Positions 49,741-59,700 of a stretch of 64,000 nucleotides of DNA are shown here, piece after piece (the first letter of the stretch is position 1; every line of letters starts with the position of its first letter). This DNA comes from Waddliaceae bacterium. GTDB taxonomy: Bacteria; Chlamydiota; Chlamydiia; Chlamydiales; SLFE01. The notes under the pieces were generated by a model. The model did no database searches, was not told the DNA's origin, and worked only from the letters and a program-made list of their open reading frames with translations. Made by a program: the position numbers and the translations under genes. The stretch lies in NCBI GenBank assembly GCA_963783885.1, contig CAWAPJ010000043.1, positions 1 through 64,000 on the forward strand. The letters run 5' to 3'.

Positions 49741-51492
49741 ATGTCATTTCATGTTGAATCCCATTTGCCAAGATTCATACATTCGCTAAAGCATGATATT
49801 CCTATTGTTAGTTCAGGAAAGGGCAGCTTTAGAAAAGCGGTCTGGTATCGAAGGATGGACTTTCGCGAAAGCCGTTTGATATCTGTAGCAGTTACATTTA
49901 TTCAGGCTATCGACCAAATTGAAAAAGCGTACCGTTATATCACAGATTCCAATTGGATCAAGGCCGGCAACTTGCTGATTGTCAAATTAGATGCTTGCAA
50001 AAGTGAAGAAACTGAAAAAATAAAGAGGATTGTGCAGCAGAGGCTTTGCGGCCTCAAATACAGATCGGAAATGGGAAAGGAAAAGCCTCTTTCCAAAGGC
50101 GAGGCTCATCAGCTTTCTTCTCTGGCAATGTCTTGGAAGGAAAAACAGGTCCATTTCGATGTCAGAAGCTGGCAGGGAGAAGATCAGATTGTCATTGATG
50201 AGCTTCGGCTTCGCTATACCACTTTTGCCAGGCTGCTTCTCAAAGACCCAAAGCTTTGCGGCCGTTTTTTCAATTGGACGATTCGTGATCGGATGAGAGT
50301 TGCCCAATTTATTTTATTTCCCAAAACGCAGGAGCTCTTTGATAAGCTGCAAGTTTCTCCCGGGTTTTCAAAAACGGGATCCCGCAAGCTTCTCATGACA
50401 AATGATAAGACCCGAGGGATTAAATGTCTGTCTTACCCTGTTTATGCTATATTTGAGGGAAGGCTTTGTTCGAAACAGGTTAGAGTTTGGGACAAAAACC
50501 GGAAATTTCAATTTCCTGCCGGATTTACAGCGACTCTTAGGGATATCTACACCGCTATGCGCCGGAAGAATAAGCATTGGGTGAAATTCATGATTTCTGA
50601 AAATGGTTTTGAGAATTGGAATGTGGCGGAATGGGGACCCACAGATAAACGTGGGATGACACAGCCAATAAGACTCGAAAAAGACAACTGGTTTAGAAAA
50701 ATTCCCGTGATTGAGAGATTAACTGTCGAAGAGGCTCAAAGACTCTACGGCCCTGACTTGAACGGAAAAAATTTTGGAGTTTCTCTTAGGGCAACAAGAA
50801 AAAATCTTGATCAGGATTTCAATCGGGCCCATTCGTTTTTTGAACTCTGCATTCCTGACGGGAAGGGGAGATATTTTACACTGACCCCAGGAAAATACAC
50901 CCGCGTCCTTCCGACATCTTTTGTTGAGCTTCTGCTGATGCTTGGAAGTACTAAGGACGGGGTTGTTGTCAGCCATGATCAAAATGATCTTTATCCCTGG
51001 AGGCAGCAGACCAGATATTCCGTTGTTGTCAATGAATCCGATTTTTTGTGGTTCGCGGAAAAAATACGTTGTTCCATCATAGAATCGAAAAAGGGGAATT
51101 TTCCCTTTTCCCTCATTCCGGAAAGTTGTTCTACCTGGTCGCAAAATTTAATGAATGACTTGCTTGAAAAGATCGGGAGGCCGCGGGAGAATTTTTTTAC
51201 TATGTCTTTGCTCGAGTCGGATCCGAAGGGACTCTTTGGCGCCCTTATTTATTATTCGAAATATCTTCCTAGGTGCATCCGGAAGCTGATACTCCGTTTC
51301 ATTATTCTTTTGCTTAATCCCTGGAGGAGCAAAACAGTCTATGATGGCGATGGAAATCCCTCTAAGGTATCTGTTTTTAAAAATCTGTCTTGGGATGAGC
51401 TCACTTTTGAAAACCCCGCACATCTTTTTCATCGGCAGATAAATGAAGGTGTGCTGCTGCCAAGCAGCGTTCAGCCCGAATGGCTGTCTTGA
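49741..51492 (+). CDS. Hypothetical protein, paralogue B of a tandem pair
   Basis: 583 aa; collinear motifs shared with 47843..49714. Confidence 0.75.
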   Translation: MSFHVESHLPRFIHSLKHDIPIVSSGKGSFRKAVWYRRMDFRESRLISVAVTFIQAIDQIEKAYRYITDSNWIKAGNLLIVKLDACKSEETEKIKRIVQQRLCGLKYRSEMGKEKPLSKGEAHQLSSLAMSWKEKQVHFDVRSWQGEDQIVIDELRLRYTTFARLLLKDPKLCGRFFNWTIRDRMRVAQFILFPKTQELFDKLQVSPGFSKTGSRKLLMTNDKTRGIKCLSYPVYAIFEGRLCSKQVRVWDKNRKFQFPAGFTATLRDIYTAMRRKNKHWVKFMISENGFENWNVAEWGPTDKRGMTQPIRLEKDNWFRKIPVIERLTVEEAQRLYGPDLNGKNFGVSLRATRKNLDQDFNRAHSFFELCIPDGKGRYFTLTPGKYTRVLPTSFVELLLMLGSTKDGVVVSHDQNDLYPWRQQTRYSVVVNESDFLWFAEKIRCSIIESKKGNFPFSLIPESCSTWSQNLMNDLLEKIGRPRENFFTMSLLESDPKGLFGALIYYSKYLPRCIRKLILRFIILLLNPWRSKTVYDGDGNPSKVSVFKNLSWDELTFENPAHLFHRQINEGVLLPSSVQPEWLS

Positions 51493-51607
51493 GAGCAGAG
51501 AGCAGAAATGTTTAAATATTAAACTATTGACAAATGAAAATGAGTTTACATAAGGATTTTATGATTGGCAAAACGGTTAGTTGTCTAGATTTCTGATCTC
51601 TGCTCTC
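51491..51607. repeat. MITE-like dispersed repeat, copy C (diverged), probably also a bidirectional terminator
   Basis: GAGAGCAGAGAGCAGAAAT and ATTTCTGATCTCTGCTCTC (18/19 inverted match); internal TTGACAA...GCAAAACGGTT as in copy B; lies between convergent genes. Confidence 0.75.
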
Positions 51608-54131
51608 ATTCGATATGCGGCTGCAGCAGTCCCATGACCTTCATCATGTGGATCTGGTCTTTTGTTCCGAAAACCTTAGCCAGCTTTTCATCGGGATTGA
51701 TTTTACGCTTATCGCTAGGGTCCTGAAGATTGTTGGCTTTTATGTATTCCCAGACCTTTTTCAGAACTTCGCCCCTCGGCATCTCGCTTCCTCCGGTAAT
51801 TTCGGAAAGTTCTTTGGAGAGTTTGACCTTTTTTGTGGTGACGGCAGTTTTTCTTTTTTTTGTTTTTTTTGCTTTTCCCTTTTTTGCCGCTTTTTTATAG
51901 GGCGTGCGGGTATGGTCTGGATATTTATCGCTGAGTTTGTCAAGGTCGTTGACGATGACGTCGCATTCGGGAAAAGTCGAGCAGGAGTAGAATACCTTGC
52001 CGAAACGGGAGCGGCGCGCTGTCATTCTCCCCGGACAGTCATGAGCAGGGCAGGGAGGCATTTCAGCTTCAGGTATAGCGACTTCTCCCTTTTTGGGAAT
52101 CTGAATGATTCCCCGGCAGTCAGGATACTTGCTGCAGCCAAGAAACGTTCCATAACGTCCGTGGCGGATTTTCATTTCCGAGCCGCATTTGGGGCAGGGC
52201 TGGTCCCAATCAAAGTCTTCGGCGTAGTCTTCTTTTGAGAATTCTAACTGTTCAATGGGCGCGCTGAAGTCGCATTCGGGATAATTGGAACAGCCGTAAA
52301 AGTACTTGGATTTGAACCAGATTTTCTGAAGCCGTCCTTCGCATTTTGGGCATTCGATGTCAGTCGTGATTTTCGGAACGAACGCCGACTTTTCGGCGTT
52401 TTCCAAAGTGGGCTCGAAATCCTTCCAAAATTCGCGTATAATCGACTTCCAGTTCTTTTCATCCGTCGCGACCAGCTCCAGGTCATCTTCCATAGCTGCC
52501 GTAAAGCCGATGTCCATAATCTTTGTGAAGTTCGCTTCGAGCAAATCGCAAATCACCCTTCCGATCTCTGTAGGCTTAAGGCGTCCGCTCTCTTTAACAG
52601 TATATTCCCGGCTTTGAATCTTGTTCATGATGGCCGCATATGTCGAGGGGCGTCCGATTCCCGATTTTTCAAGCTCCTTGACAAGGGAGGCTTCAGTGTA
52701 TCTTGGCGGCGGTCTTGTAAATGCCTGATCGGACAGAAGTTCGATGAGGCTTAAGTTTTGACCCTCTCGGAGATCGGGCAGGGATTTTTCCTCCTCTTCC
52801 TCCTCGTCGTCGGCCATTTCGTGGTAGGCCGCCAGCCATCCCGCGAATTTCAAGATCGACCCTGTCGCGCGGAGGACAATGTCGCTGCCTGCTTTGATAT
52901 CGGCAGAGAGAGTATCATAAATGGCGGGAAGCATCTGAGAAGCGATAAACCGCTGCCAGATCAGCTGGTAGAGGTTGAATTGTTCATTGGTCAGATATGG
53001 TCTGACCATGTCGGGGTGGTGGTGGAGATTGGTCGGGCGTATGGCTTCGTGGGCGTCCTGCGAGTTTTTCTTCGAGGAATAGAATTTCGGATTTTCGGGA
53101 AGGTACTCCTTGCCGAAACGGGTTTTTATATGATGGCGCGCTTCGTTAATCGCCGGAGGCTCAACCCTGACGGAGTCGGTACGCATGTAGGTGATCAAAC
53201 CTTCGGTCCCCTCGTTGCCGAGGTCAAGACCTTCGTAGAGCTGCTGAGCAATGCTCATTGTCCTCGCTGTCGAGTATCCGAAATGGCGGCTGGCCTCCTG
53301 CTGGAGGGTTGACGTGATAAAGGGCGGAACGGGATTGCGCTTTTTTTCCTTACGTTCAACTTTGGCGACCGTGTAGGGGACATCTTTCATCCTCTTTAAA
53401 ACTTCGTCTGCCTTTTCCTTGCTGCCGATAAGGAAGACTTCTTTGCCCGGGGCGGGTTCTTTCTCGACTTTTTTCGACTCGACGGAGTAGAGCGTAGCCT
53501 TAAATGTCTTGTCATCCTTCTCAGGGCAGAGTATGGCGCCGAGATTCCAGTATTCGACCGGCTTGAAAGCCTCGATTTCCTTCTCTCTTTCCACAACAAG
53601 CTTCAGGGCCACCGATTGAACCCTGCCGGCTGAGACCCCTTTGGACCGGCCTCTTTGGATCCTCCGGTTGAGAATCGGGGAAATTTTATAGCCGACAATG
53701 CGGTCGAGAAGCCGCCGGGCCTGCTGGGCATTGACCAGGGAGTAGTCGATTTCCTGGGGATTGGCGAGAGATTTGCTGACCTCTTCTTTTGTGAGGGCGT
53801 TGAAAGACACCCGTTTGCATTCGACAGAATCGGGAAGGGCCTGTTTAATATGCCAGGCAATGGCTTCTCCTTCGCGGTCGGGGTCGGGGGAGAGGTAAAC
53901 CACTTCAGCGTTTTTCGCCGCTTTTTTCAGCTTTTCCATCACCTTCTTTTTATCGGGGAGGATTTGATAGACCGGCTCGAAATCGTTTTCGATGTCGATC
54001 CCGAAATCCTTCTCAGGCAAGTCCCTAACGTGGCCGATCGAGGATTCATAGGTATATTTGGACCCTAAAAATTTTTTTAAGGTTTTAATCTTCGCGGGGG
54101 ACTCGACGATGATAAGAGGTTTTTTGGACAT
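51606..54131 (-). CDS. topA: DNA topoisomerase I with zinc ribbons and C-terminal SWIB domain
   Basis: IVESPAK, DPDREGEAIAW, SAGRVQS, LITYMRTD, C4 ribbons; SWIB-like RGEVLKKVWEYIKANNLQDP..KRKINPDEKL. Confidence 0.97.
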   Translation of the reverse strand: MSKKPLIIVESPAKIKTLKKFLGSKYTYESSIGHVRDLPEKDFGIDIENDFEPVYQILPDKKKVMEKLKKAAKNAEVVYLSPDPDREGEAIAWHIKQALPDSVECKRVSFNALTKEEVSKSLANPQEIDYSLVNAQQARRLLDRIVGYKISPILNRRIQRGRSKGVSAGRVQSVALKLVVEREKEIEAFKPVEYWNLGAILCPEKDDKTFKATLYSVESKKVEKEPAPGKEVFLIGSKEKADEVLKRMKDVPYTVAKVERKEKKRNPVPPFITSTLQQEASRHFGYSTARTMSIAQQLYEGLDLGNEGTEGLITYMRTDSVRVEPPAINEARHHIKTRFGKEYLPENPKFYSSKKNSQDAHEAIRPTNLHHHPDMVRPYLTNEQFNLYQLIWQRFIASQMLPAIYDTLSADIKAGSDIVLRATGSILKFAGWLAAYHEMADDEEEEEEKSLPDLREGQNLSLIELLSDQAFTRPPPRYTEASLVKELEKSGIGRPSTYAAIMNKIQSREYTVKESGRLKPTEIGRVICDLLEANFTKIMDIGFTAAMEDDLELVATDEKNWKSIIREFWKDFEPTLENAEKSAFVPKITTDIECPKCEGRLQKIWFKSKYFYGCSNYPECDFSAPIEQLEFSKEDYAEDFDWDQPCPKCGSEMKIRHGRYGTFLGCSKYPDCRGIIQIPKKGEVAIPEAEMPPCPAHDCPGRMTARRSRFGKVFYSCSTFPECDVIVNDLDKLSDKYPDHTRTPYKKAAKKGKAKKTKKRKTAVTTKKVKLSKELSEITGGSEMPRGEVLKKVWEYIKANNLQDPSDKRKINPDEKLAKVFGTKDQIHMMKVMGLLQPHIE

Positions 54132-54204
54132 GCAGCTGCTTACTCCTCATTCAAGGGAATGATTATTATACTAACCTATATTATAATTAATACTCAATAG
54201 TATT

Positions 54205-54242
54205 GAAAAAAAGAGGCGCCAGCCAGCGCTGCCGCCCCTTTC
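54205..54242 (-). terminator. Probable intrinsic terminator
   Basis: Minus strand AAAGGGGCGGCAGC-GCTG-GCTGGCGCCTCTTTTTTT. Confidence 0.6.
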
Positions 54243-54268
54243 GGAAAGTTTGTTTTTTCCTCCATTGA

Positions 54269-54439
54269 CTAGAAGGAAATAGTGAGGCTTCCCGATATCG
54301 GTATCGGTATCGGTTGACAAGCCTCTATTGCGTTCGCTTTTGCGACGAGAAGATTTATTTCAGGTTTCGAGTCTTCAGTCTCAAGATCATGTTCCTGTTC
54401 TATCTCATCATAAGCGAGTGAGCACTCATCTTGACTCAC
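54269..54439 (-). CDS. Small acidic hypothetical protein (56 aa)
   Basis: GGAG then GTG 54439: MSQDECSLAYDEIEQEHDLETEDSKPEINLLVAKANAIEACQPIPIPISGSLTISF*, followed by a terminator; below the ORF-track cutoff. Confidence 0.45.
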   Translation of the reverse strand: MSQDECSLAYDEIEQEHDLETEDSKPEINLLVAKANAIEACQPIPIPISGSLTISF

Positions 54440-55025
54440 AGCTTTTAAACTCCATCAAGAAAAGCATTTGATTGCCGAAAAGCTGCCGAAAGTTCCAAAA
54501 TCCTCCATTTCGAACCTCGCGGCAAGGCGCTGTTTTTTAGACCCCCACCGATAACAGATGTGAATTGTTTCTTGCCTCAAGCTAACCTTTTTCTTCATTC
54601 CCCAATGAAGAGGGAGGCGATCTCTCTATTTCAACGCTTGCATTTCTTACTTTAGAAGAGATCAAAGTCAAGGCATTCCTCCATTCAAATGCTGTGATGC
54701 GGCAGGGAAAACAGCCGACTTAACGGCAATGCAGACGCTTCCCCTTAATTTTCAACCTCGCCGCTATAAAACAGCGAGTTCATTTTCATGCCAAGTTTCA
54801 AAGTTCTATAAGAACTAACGCCCAATGAGCGTGGTTTCGAGCACTTGCAGACTAGTGTCACCTCCTTTTTTGCTCCAATGTTCCACTATTATCGGGCACA
54901 TTCGAACCCCCATATCCCAAACTTGATATGAGGCGGCGGGCCAAATCAAAAACTATGCAAAGCCCGCTTAATGCCTTATTTAACACTTTATCTAAAAATC
55001 ATCAACACTTAAATTCTTATGTATT

Positions 55026-56198
55026 ATGAATCGCGCCAGCAGAAAAGCCGGACTTTTTTCACTCTGGAGAATGCAGTATCTCTATCGTATTGATTTTAGG
55101 ATGCTTCCGGTTATCTTTTCTCTTATGTGTATCAGCATATTGGTGATCGGCTCGCACGCGACAGGACAGGGAGTCGACTCGATTTTCGAAATTTTCAGCA
55201 GCCCCCAGGTGAAAAAGCAGATCGAGTGGTTTGCTATTTCGACAGGGGTTTTTCTGTTTTTTGCCGGCTTTGATTACAACAAGCTTCGCGAGCTGGCCTG
55301 GATCATTTATCTTTTAGCTGTGCTGGCGCTTGTGGGACTTTTCTTCACAAGCTCGATTGCAAGGGTCCATCGCTGGTACCGCATCCCTTTGATCGGCATG
55401 AGCATACAGCCTGCCGAATATGCCAAACTCGCTGTGGTTATCAGCTTGAGCTGGTTTCTTGAACGGCGCAAAGAGCAGGCGCAGGACTGGAGCACTGCTT
55501 TGATCAGCGGACTGATTGTCGGAATTCCTTTTCTGCTCATCCTCAAGCAGCCGGACCTCGGGTCGGCTCTCGTCCTTTACCCGATTACTCTGGTGATGTT
55601 CTATTTTGGCGGACTGAATCCTAAAGTTGTGCGTGTTATGACCTGGGCAGGAGCCATAGTTCTGACGATCGTGGCCGTTTTTTTTCTTGAAATCGCCTCC
55701 CATGAAGAGCTGAGGCCCTATGCGACAAGGGTGATGAAGGATTATCAGTATGATCGTTTGAAACCCAACAACCACCATCAAAAGGCATCGCTCACCGCGA
55801 TCGCCGTCGGGGGCCTGACGGGAACGGGATGGAAAAAGAGCGAGTTTACCGGCGGGGGGTGGCTGCCGGCTCCCTACACCGATTCGGTTTTTCCCGCATT
55901 CGGGGAGGAGTTCGGGTTTTTCGGCCTCGCCTTGATGATGGCTCTTTTTTATGCTTTAGTTTATTTTAGTTTTCAGGTGACGGCAGCGGCGAAGGATCAT
56001 TTCGGGCGGCTTTTATCGGCGGGCATCAGCGTTTATCTGGCGATGCACATTCTGGTGAATGTCGGCATGATGTGCGGGTTGCTGCCGATTACAGGTGTTC
56101 CCTTGATACTGGTCACCTATGGCGGGTCATCTGTCTTATTGACAATGACGGCTCTCGGCATATTGCAAAGTATTTACAGCAGAAGATTTATGTTTTAA
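55026..56198 (+). CDS. rodA: Rod shape-determining protein RodA (SEDS family)
   Basis: RWY, IQPAEYAK, KQPDLGSA, LPAPYTDSVF...GEEFGF, LPITGVPL.LVTYGGSS. Confidence 0.9.
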   Translation: MNRASRKAGLFSLWRMQYLYRIDFRMLPVIFSLMCISILVIGSHATGQGVDSIFEIFSSPQVKKQIEWFAISTGVFLFFAGFDYNKLRELAWIIYLLAVLALVGLFFTSSIARVHRWYRIPLIGMSIQPAEYAKLAVVISLSWFLERRKEQAQDWSTALISGLIVGIPFLLILKQPDLGSALVLYPITLVMFYFGGLNPKVVRVMTWAGAIVLTIVAVFFLEIASHEELRPYATRVMKDYQYDRLKPNNHHQKASLTAIAVGGLTGTGWKKSEFTGGGWLPAPYTDSVFPAFGEEFGFFGLALMMALFYALVYFSFQVTAAAKDHFGRLLSAGISVYLAMHILVNVGMMCGLLPITGVPLILVTYGGSSVLLTMTALGILQSIYSRRFMF

Positions 56199-56208
56199 GG
56201 TAGAAGTT

Positions 56209-56673
56209 ATGGCAAGCAAGCATCCCTTTATATTCAGTCCGGGCGAGTGGCTTGGGGAAGGCAAAATCGGTTTTAGCGCCTCCGACGACGAGCTTCGTTT
56301 CTATACTCGCTGGCTGGTGTCGGAAAAGGGGGATGAGAGCCTGGGAGTCAAAAATGTCCGCTGCACCCAGGAAGTGGAAATGCAGGGTGGGGCGGACGAA
56401 AAAATGTTCAATCGCTTCCATTTTACCGAAATCGGCACAAAAGAGTTCAAAGTTTTGCTTGAAAACGACCAAATCGGCGCTGTTTTCGGCGAGGGCATCC
56501 TAGAAAAGGGGAAACTCGCTTGGGAATTCAGGGGAAACCCTAATATCGAAGGATTTGAAGTCTATGAGTTTCAGGAGAATGGGGAATACTCCTTTCACGC
56601 TGAATATATCTCTCCGGAGGGTTATCGTTCCATAATAGACGGTAGAATATGGAAAAAAGCCGCTAAAACTTAA
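56209..56673 (+). CDS. Hypothetical protein, predicted beta-rich
   Basis: 154 aa, closely following rodA; PGEWLGEGKI, LAWEFR, EGFEVY. Confidence 0.75.
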   Translation: MASKHPFIFSPGEWLGEGKIGFSASDDELRFYTRWLVSEKGDESLGVKNVRCTQEVEMQGGADEKMFNRFHFTEIGTKEFKVLLENDQIGAVFGEGILEKGKLAWEFRGNPNIEGFEVYEFQENGEYSFHAEYISPEGYRSIIDGRIWKKAAKT

Positions 56674-56685
56674 TAAAATATTAAT

Positions 56686-56714
56686 TTGAAAGTTAATTTA
56701 CAGTTTATTATAAT
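56686..56714 (+). promoter_or_regulatory. Near-consensus sigma66/sigma70 promoter
   Basis: TTGAAA (56686-56691), 17-nt spacer, TATAAT (56709-56714), upstream of ATG 56749; the region is very AT-rich. Confidence 0.6.
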
Positions 56715-56748
56715 ATTAATATAATAATATTAATATTAGGTTTTTATT

Positions 56749-59700
56749 ATGGCTAATTCAGATAATGCAGTTTCATGGGTTAGGGCCACTCCACAGTATA
56801 TAAGGATGGAAACATTTGAGGGTCCCTCCACATATTCGGCAACTTCAAGCATTGCTGAGGAAACATTCAGTACCACCAGCACCTCCAGTTCAGAAGTTAG
56901 CCTTAAGAGAAATCGAGTATCTGCTCAGCCTCCCCCAGGCAGAATAAGTCGGGCATTCCTTTCGGGAAGCAACAAACAAGTGCATTTAGAACTACCTGAT
57001 AATTTAGATGAGGTAGCAAGTCAGTTAGAAATGGAAGAGTCAAGCATTCCGGAATCGGCTGCCGCCTTGCAGCAGCAGCAAATGGACGAAAGAAACGCTG
57101 ATCTTGAGGATGCAGCCCATCATCCTGAAACCCTCCCTTTTACCCCCGGACCCGGGTTGGGCCTTCAACCGCCGAAAGTGCGTTTAACTTTGCCTCCCAA
57201 AGGTTGGGGCAGCGTTGGCGAAAAGAAAATGCTCAAATTCAGAAAAGCCCTCTTAACCGGAGATGTGGATAAGGTTAAAAGCATTGCCAAAAAAAATCCC
57301 GACATTGTCAACGGATGTCAAAAGATGTATCTGAGGCCGCTTGAGCTGGCAAAATTAGCCCGCAAGAACAAGCAAGACATGATGAAAATTTTGCTTAGTT
57401 CCAAGAAAATCAATGTGAATGTTATCGATAAAAACGGCAATACCCTTTTACATCGCGCCTGCCTGGTTGACGATATGGAGTTCGCCAAGGTGTTGCTCCA
57501 AAACGGAGCTGAACCTGTTAGAGGAGCGGCGAATAAAATCGATTTTCTTCCTTGGCAAATCGCCACATTTTTCAACAATGAACCTTTGGCGAAGGTAGTG
57601 GCTCCCCCTTATACTGACTTAACCTCCGGACCGCAGCCAATAAAAGATTACTATGGTTTGACACCGCCAGCCAGACGACCCGACATTGACTATGGGATCA
57701 GGCAAACTACCCGCAAGGAAAAAGATATCGCCAACCCTGAAACCTGGTTGGATTATGACACCATTAAAAAGTCTTTAGATCACATAGTCGCAGACCACAA
57801 TCGAATGGATGTCTGGGTGGCTCCGGGTCCAACGGATATGAAGCGAAAATTTGGAAAGTTGAGCAAGACAAACTTGAGAAAGGCAATTGAAGGTTTTCAT
57901 AAAATTCCTGATCCGGCTCCCCGTTTTTTAGCTTCAACAGTAGCTGTCGAAGCAGAGCACGGCACCCATGCCGGTTTGCTGATAGTCGATCGTGAAAAAA
58001 GGACAGTGGAATATTATGACAGCGCCGGCAACAGGCCGGATGTGAGTGCGGAGCTGGCTGAAACCGCCTTTGATTTAGGTTATACTTTTCATGAAATGCC
58101 GACTCAGGACATGCAGGGCAGCCAGCCCAGCTGCGGCGTTTATCTCAATTTGTTTCTTCATCACCGCTTGCAGAATGCCGATGAAGAGATAGGTGTCATT
58201 AAAGAAAATCTTCAGGGAATGAATACGATCGCAGAGGGAAATCCTGAGCAAGAGCAGATATACATCAATTTATATCGCCAACAGCTTCACGACAATGTCG
58301 CCGAAGTGAATCAATTGAATAACAAATGGATGGCAGAAGCCCGCGGGCAATTTGCTCACAAGCCTTTATCCAATCCGCCTACTTTTGAAGCAGCCTTTGA
58401 ACGGTTTAAACAGGAGAATCCTTACAACTACGAATCCGAACTTAACAGGATGCACCGGTATGGGGTCACCCTCTATAAATATTTTGAGGCGAGGAATGTA
58501 GCGAGAGGTGAAAAATACACTGAATACCTTATGGACAATCCAAAAACAGTGGAATATTTTAGAGACACAGTCGAAATCATCGGAAATAAAGAAGCATTCG
58601 ATTACTATAACAACATTTTGAATGAGGGAACCTCTCAACCAACAGGTCTGGCTCATCCCAATCTACTTGACGAGCCGGTTGCACCTGCCAACCTTCATCC
58701 TCCTTTACAGCCGCAAACTCAACCAACCGGCCTGGCCCCTCCCAACCTAGTTGACAACCCAGTTCCACCTGCCAATCTTCATCCTCCTTTACAACCTCAA
58801 AAGATGGATACAGCTGAAGTGCAAAGGTCATCAGCGGATGTAGAAAACCAGGATATTGATGCAAAAGTTGAAAAATTGTTTGAGTATATTGATTCAGGTA
58901 ACGTAGAAGAAATAAAAAAATTATTGGATGAAAATCCTAATGCTCAACTGAGAATCGTCAATGGCTTTCCTAATCATTCCGGAAAACCGTTAGAATTAGC
59001 CAAAGAGGTTGGCAAGCGTGATGTCATAGACTTACTTGAAGCTTATGATGCATCTCCTTTAAGGCACAGCATTGTATCGGATAAAGGGGAAGAACCTCCT
59101 GTGCAGGGCCCGGCTACAAGAAAAGGAAAAGAAAAAGTGACTTCTCAAGGCACTTCTCCTCAAGCTGAGGAAATAGAAACGCCCCCACCGCTTCCTCCTC
59201 GTGAACAAACAAAGGAAGTAGAGGAGCCATTATCTCTTCCTCTCATTTTTGAAACTGCAGTTCCAAAATTAACTCAAATTTTCGAATCAGGCAAGTTGCT
59301 TCCGACGGAAGGTTCAAAAAAAAGCGATCAAGCTTTTGAAGAAGCCAAAAAAGATTTGAAGAATAGATTTGATGAATTAAAAGAAAGCATTAAGAATTTT
59401 CAAGGTAAACGCAACGAAGAAAATGGTAAACGCAACGAAGAAAATGGCCTGGCAGCCTTGAATCAAATTAAGAAATTGAGTGAGGCGCTACGAACAACTG
59501 TCGAAGCAAAAAAAGGACCTGGATCAATTAGGAATTTATTCACACGGAAAACATCCTCAAAAAGAAAATTAGAAAAGCAAAATATTAGAAGAGACGCAGC
59601 AAAAATTTTGCGAAGTTTGAATCGATCCGTTTTGAATACAACTAATATTGATCCATCGAAATCGGAAAATATGGGTAAAATTAATCTCGAAAATGCGAAA

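Noticed and set aside
51606..51830. TopA-SWIB fusion as a novelty
   Set aside because: Established chlamydial feature; used only as a taxonomic clue.
54780..54800. Minus-strand TTGGCATGAAAATGAA as a sigma54 promoter
   Set aside because: Lacks the GC dinucleotide at the required -12 spacing.
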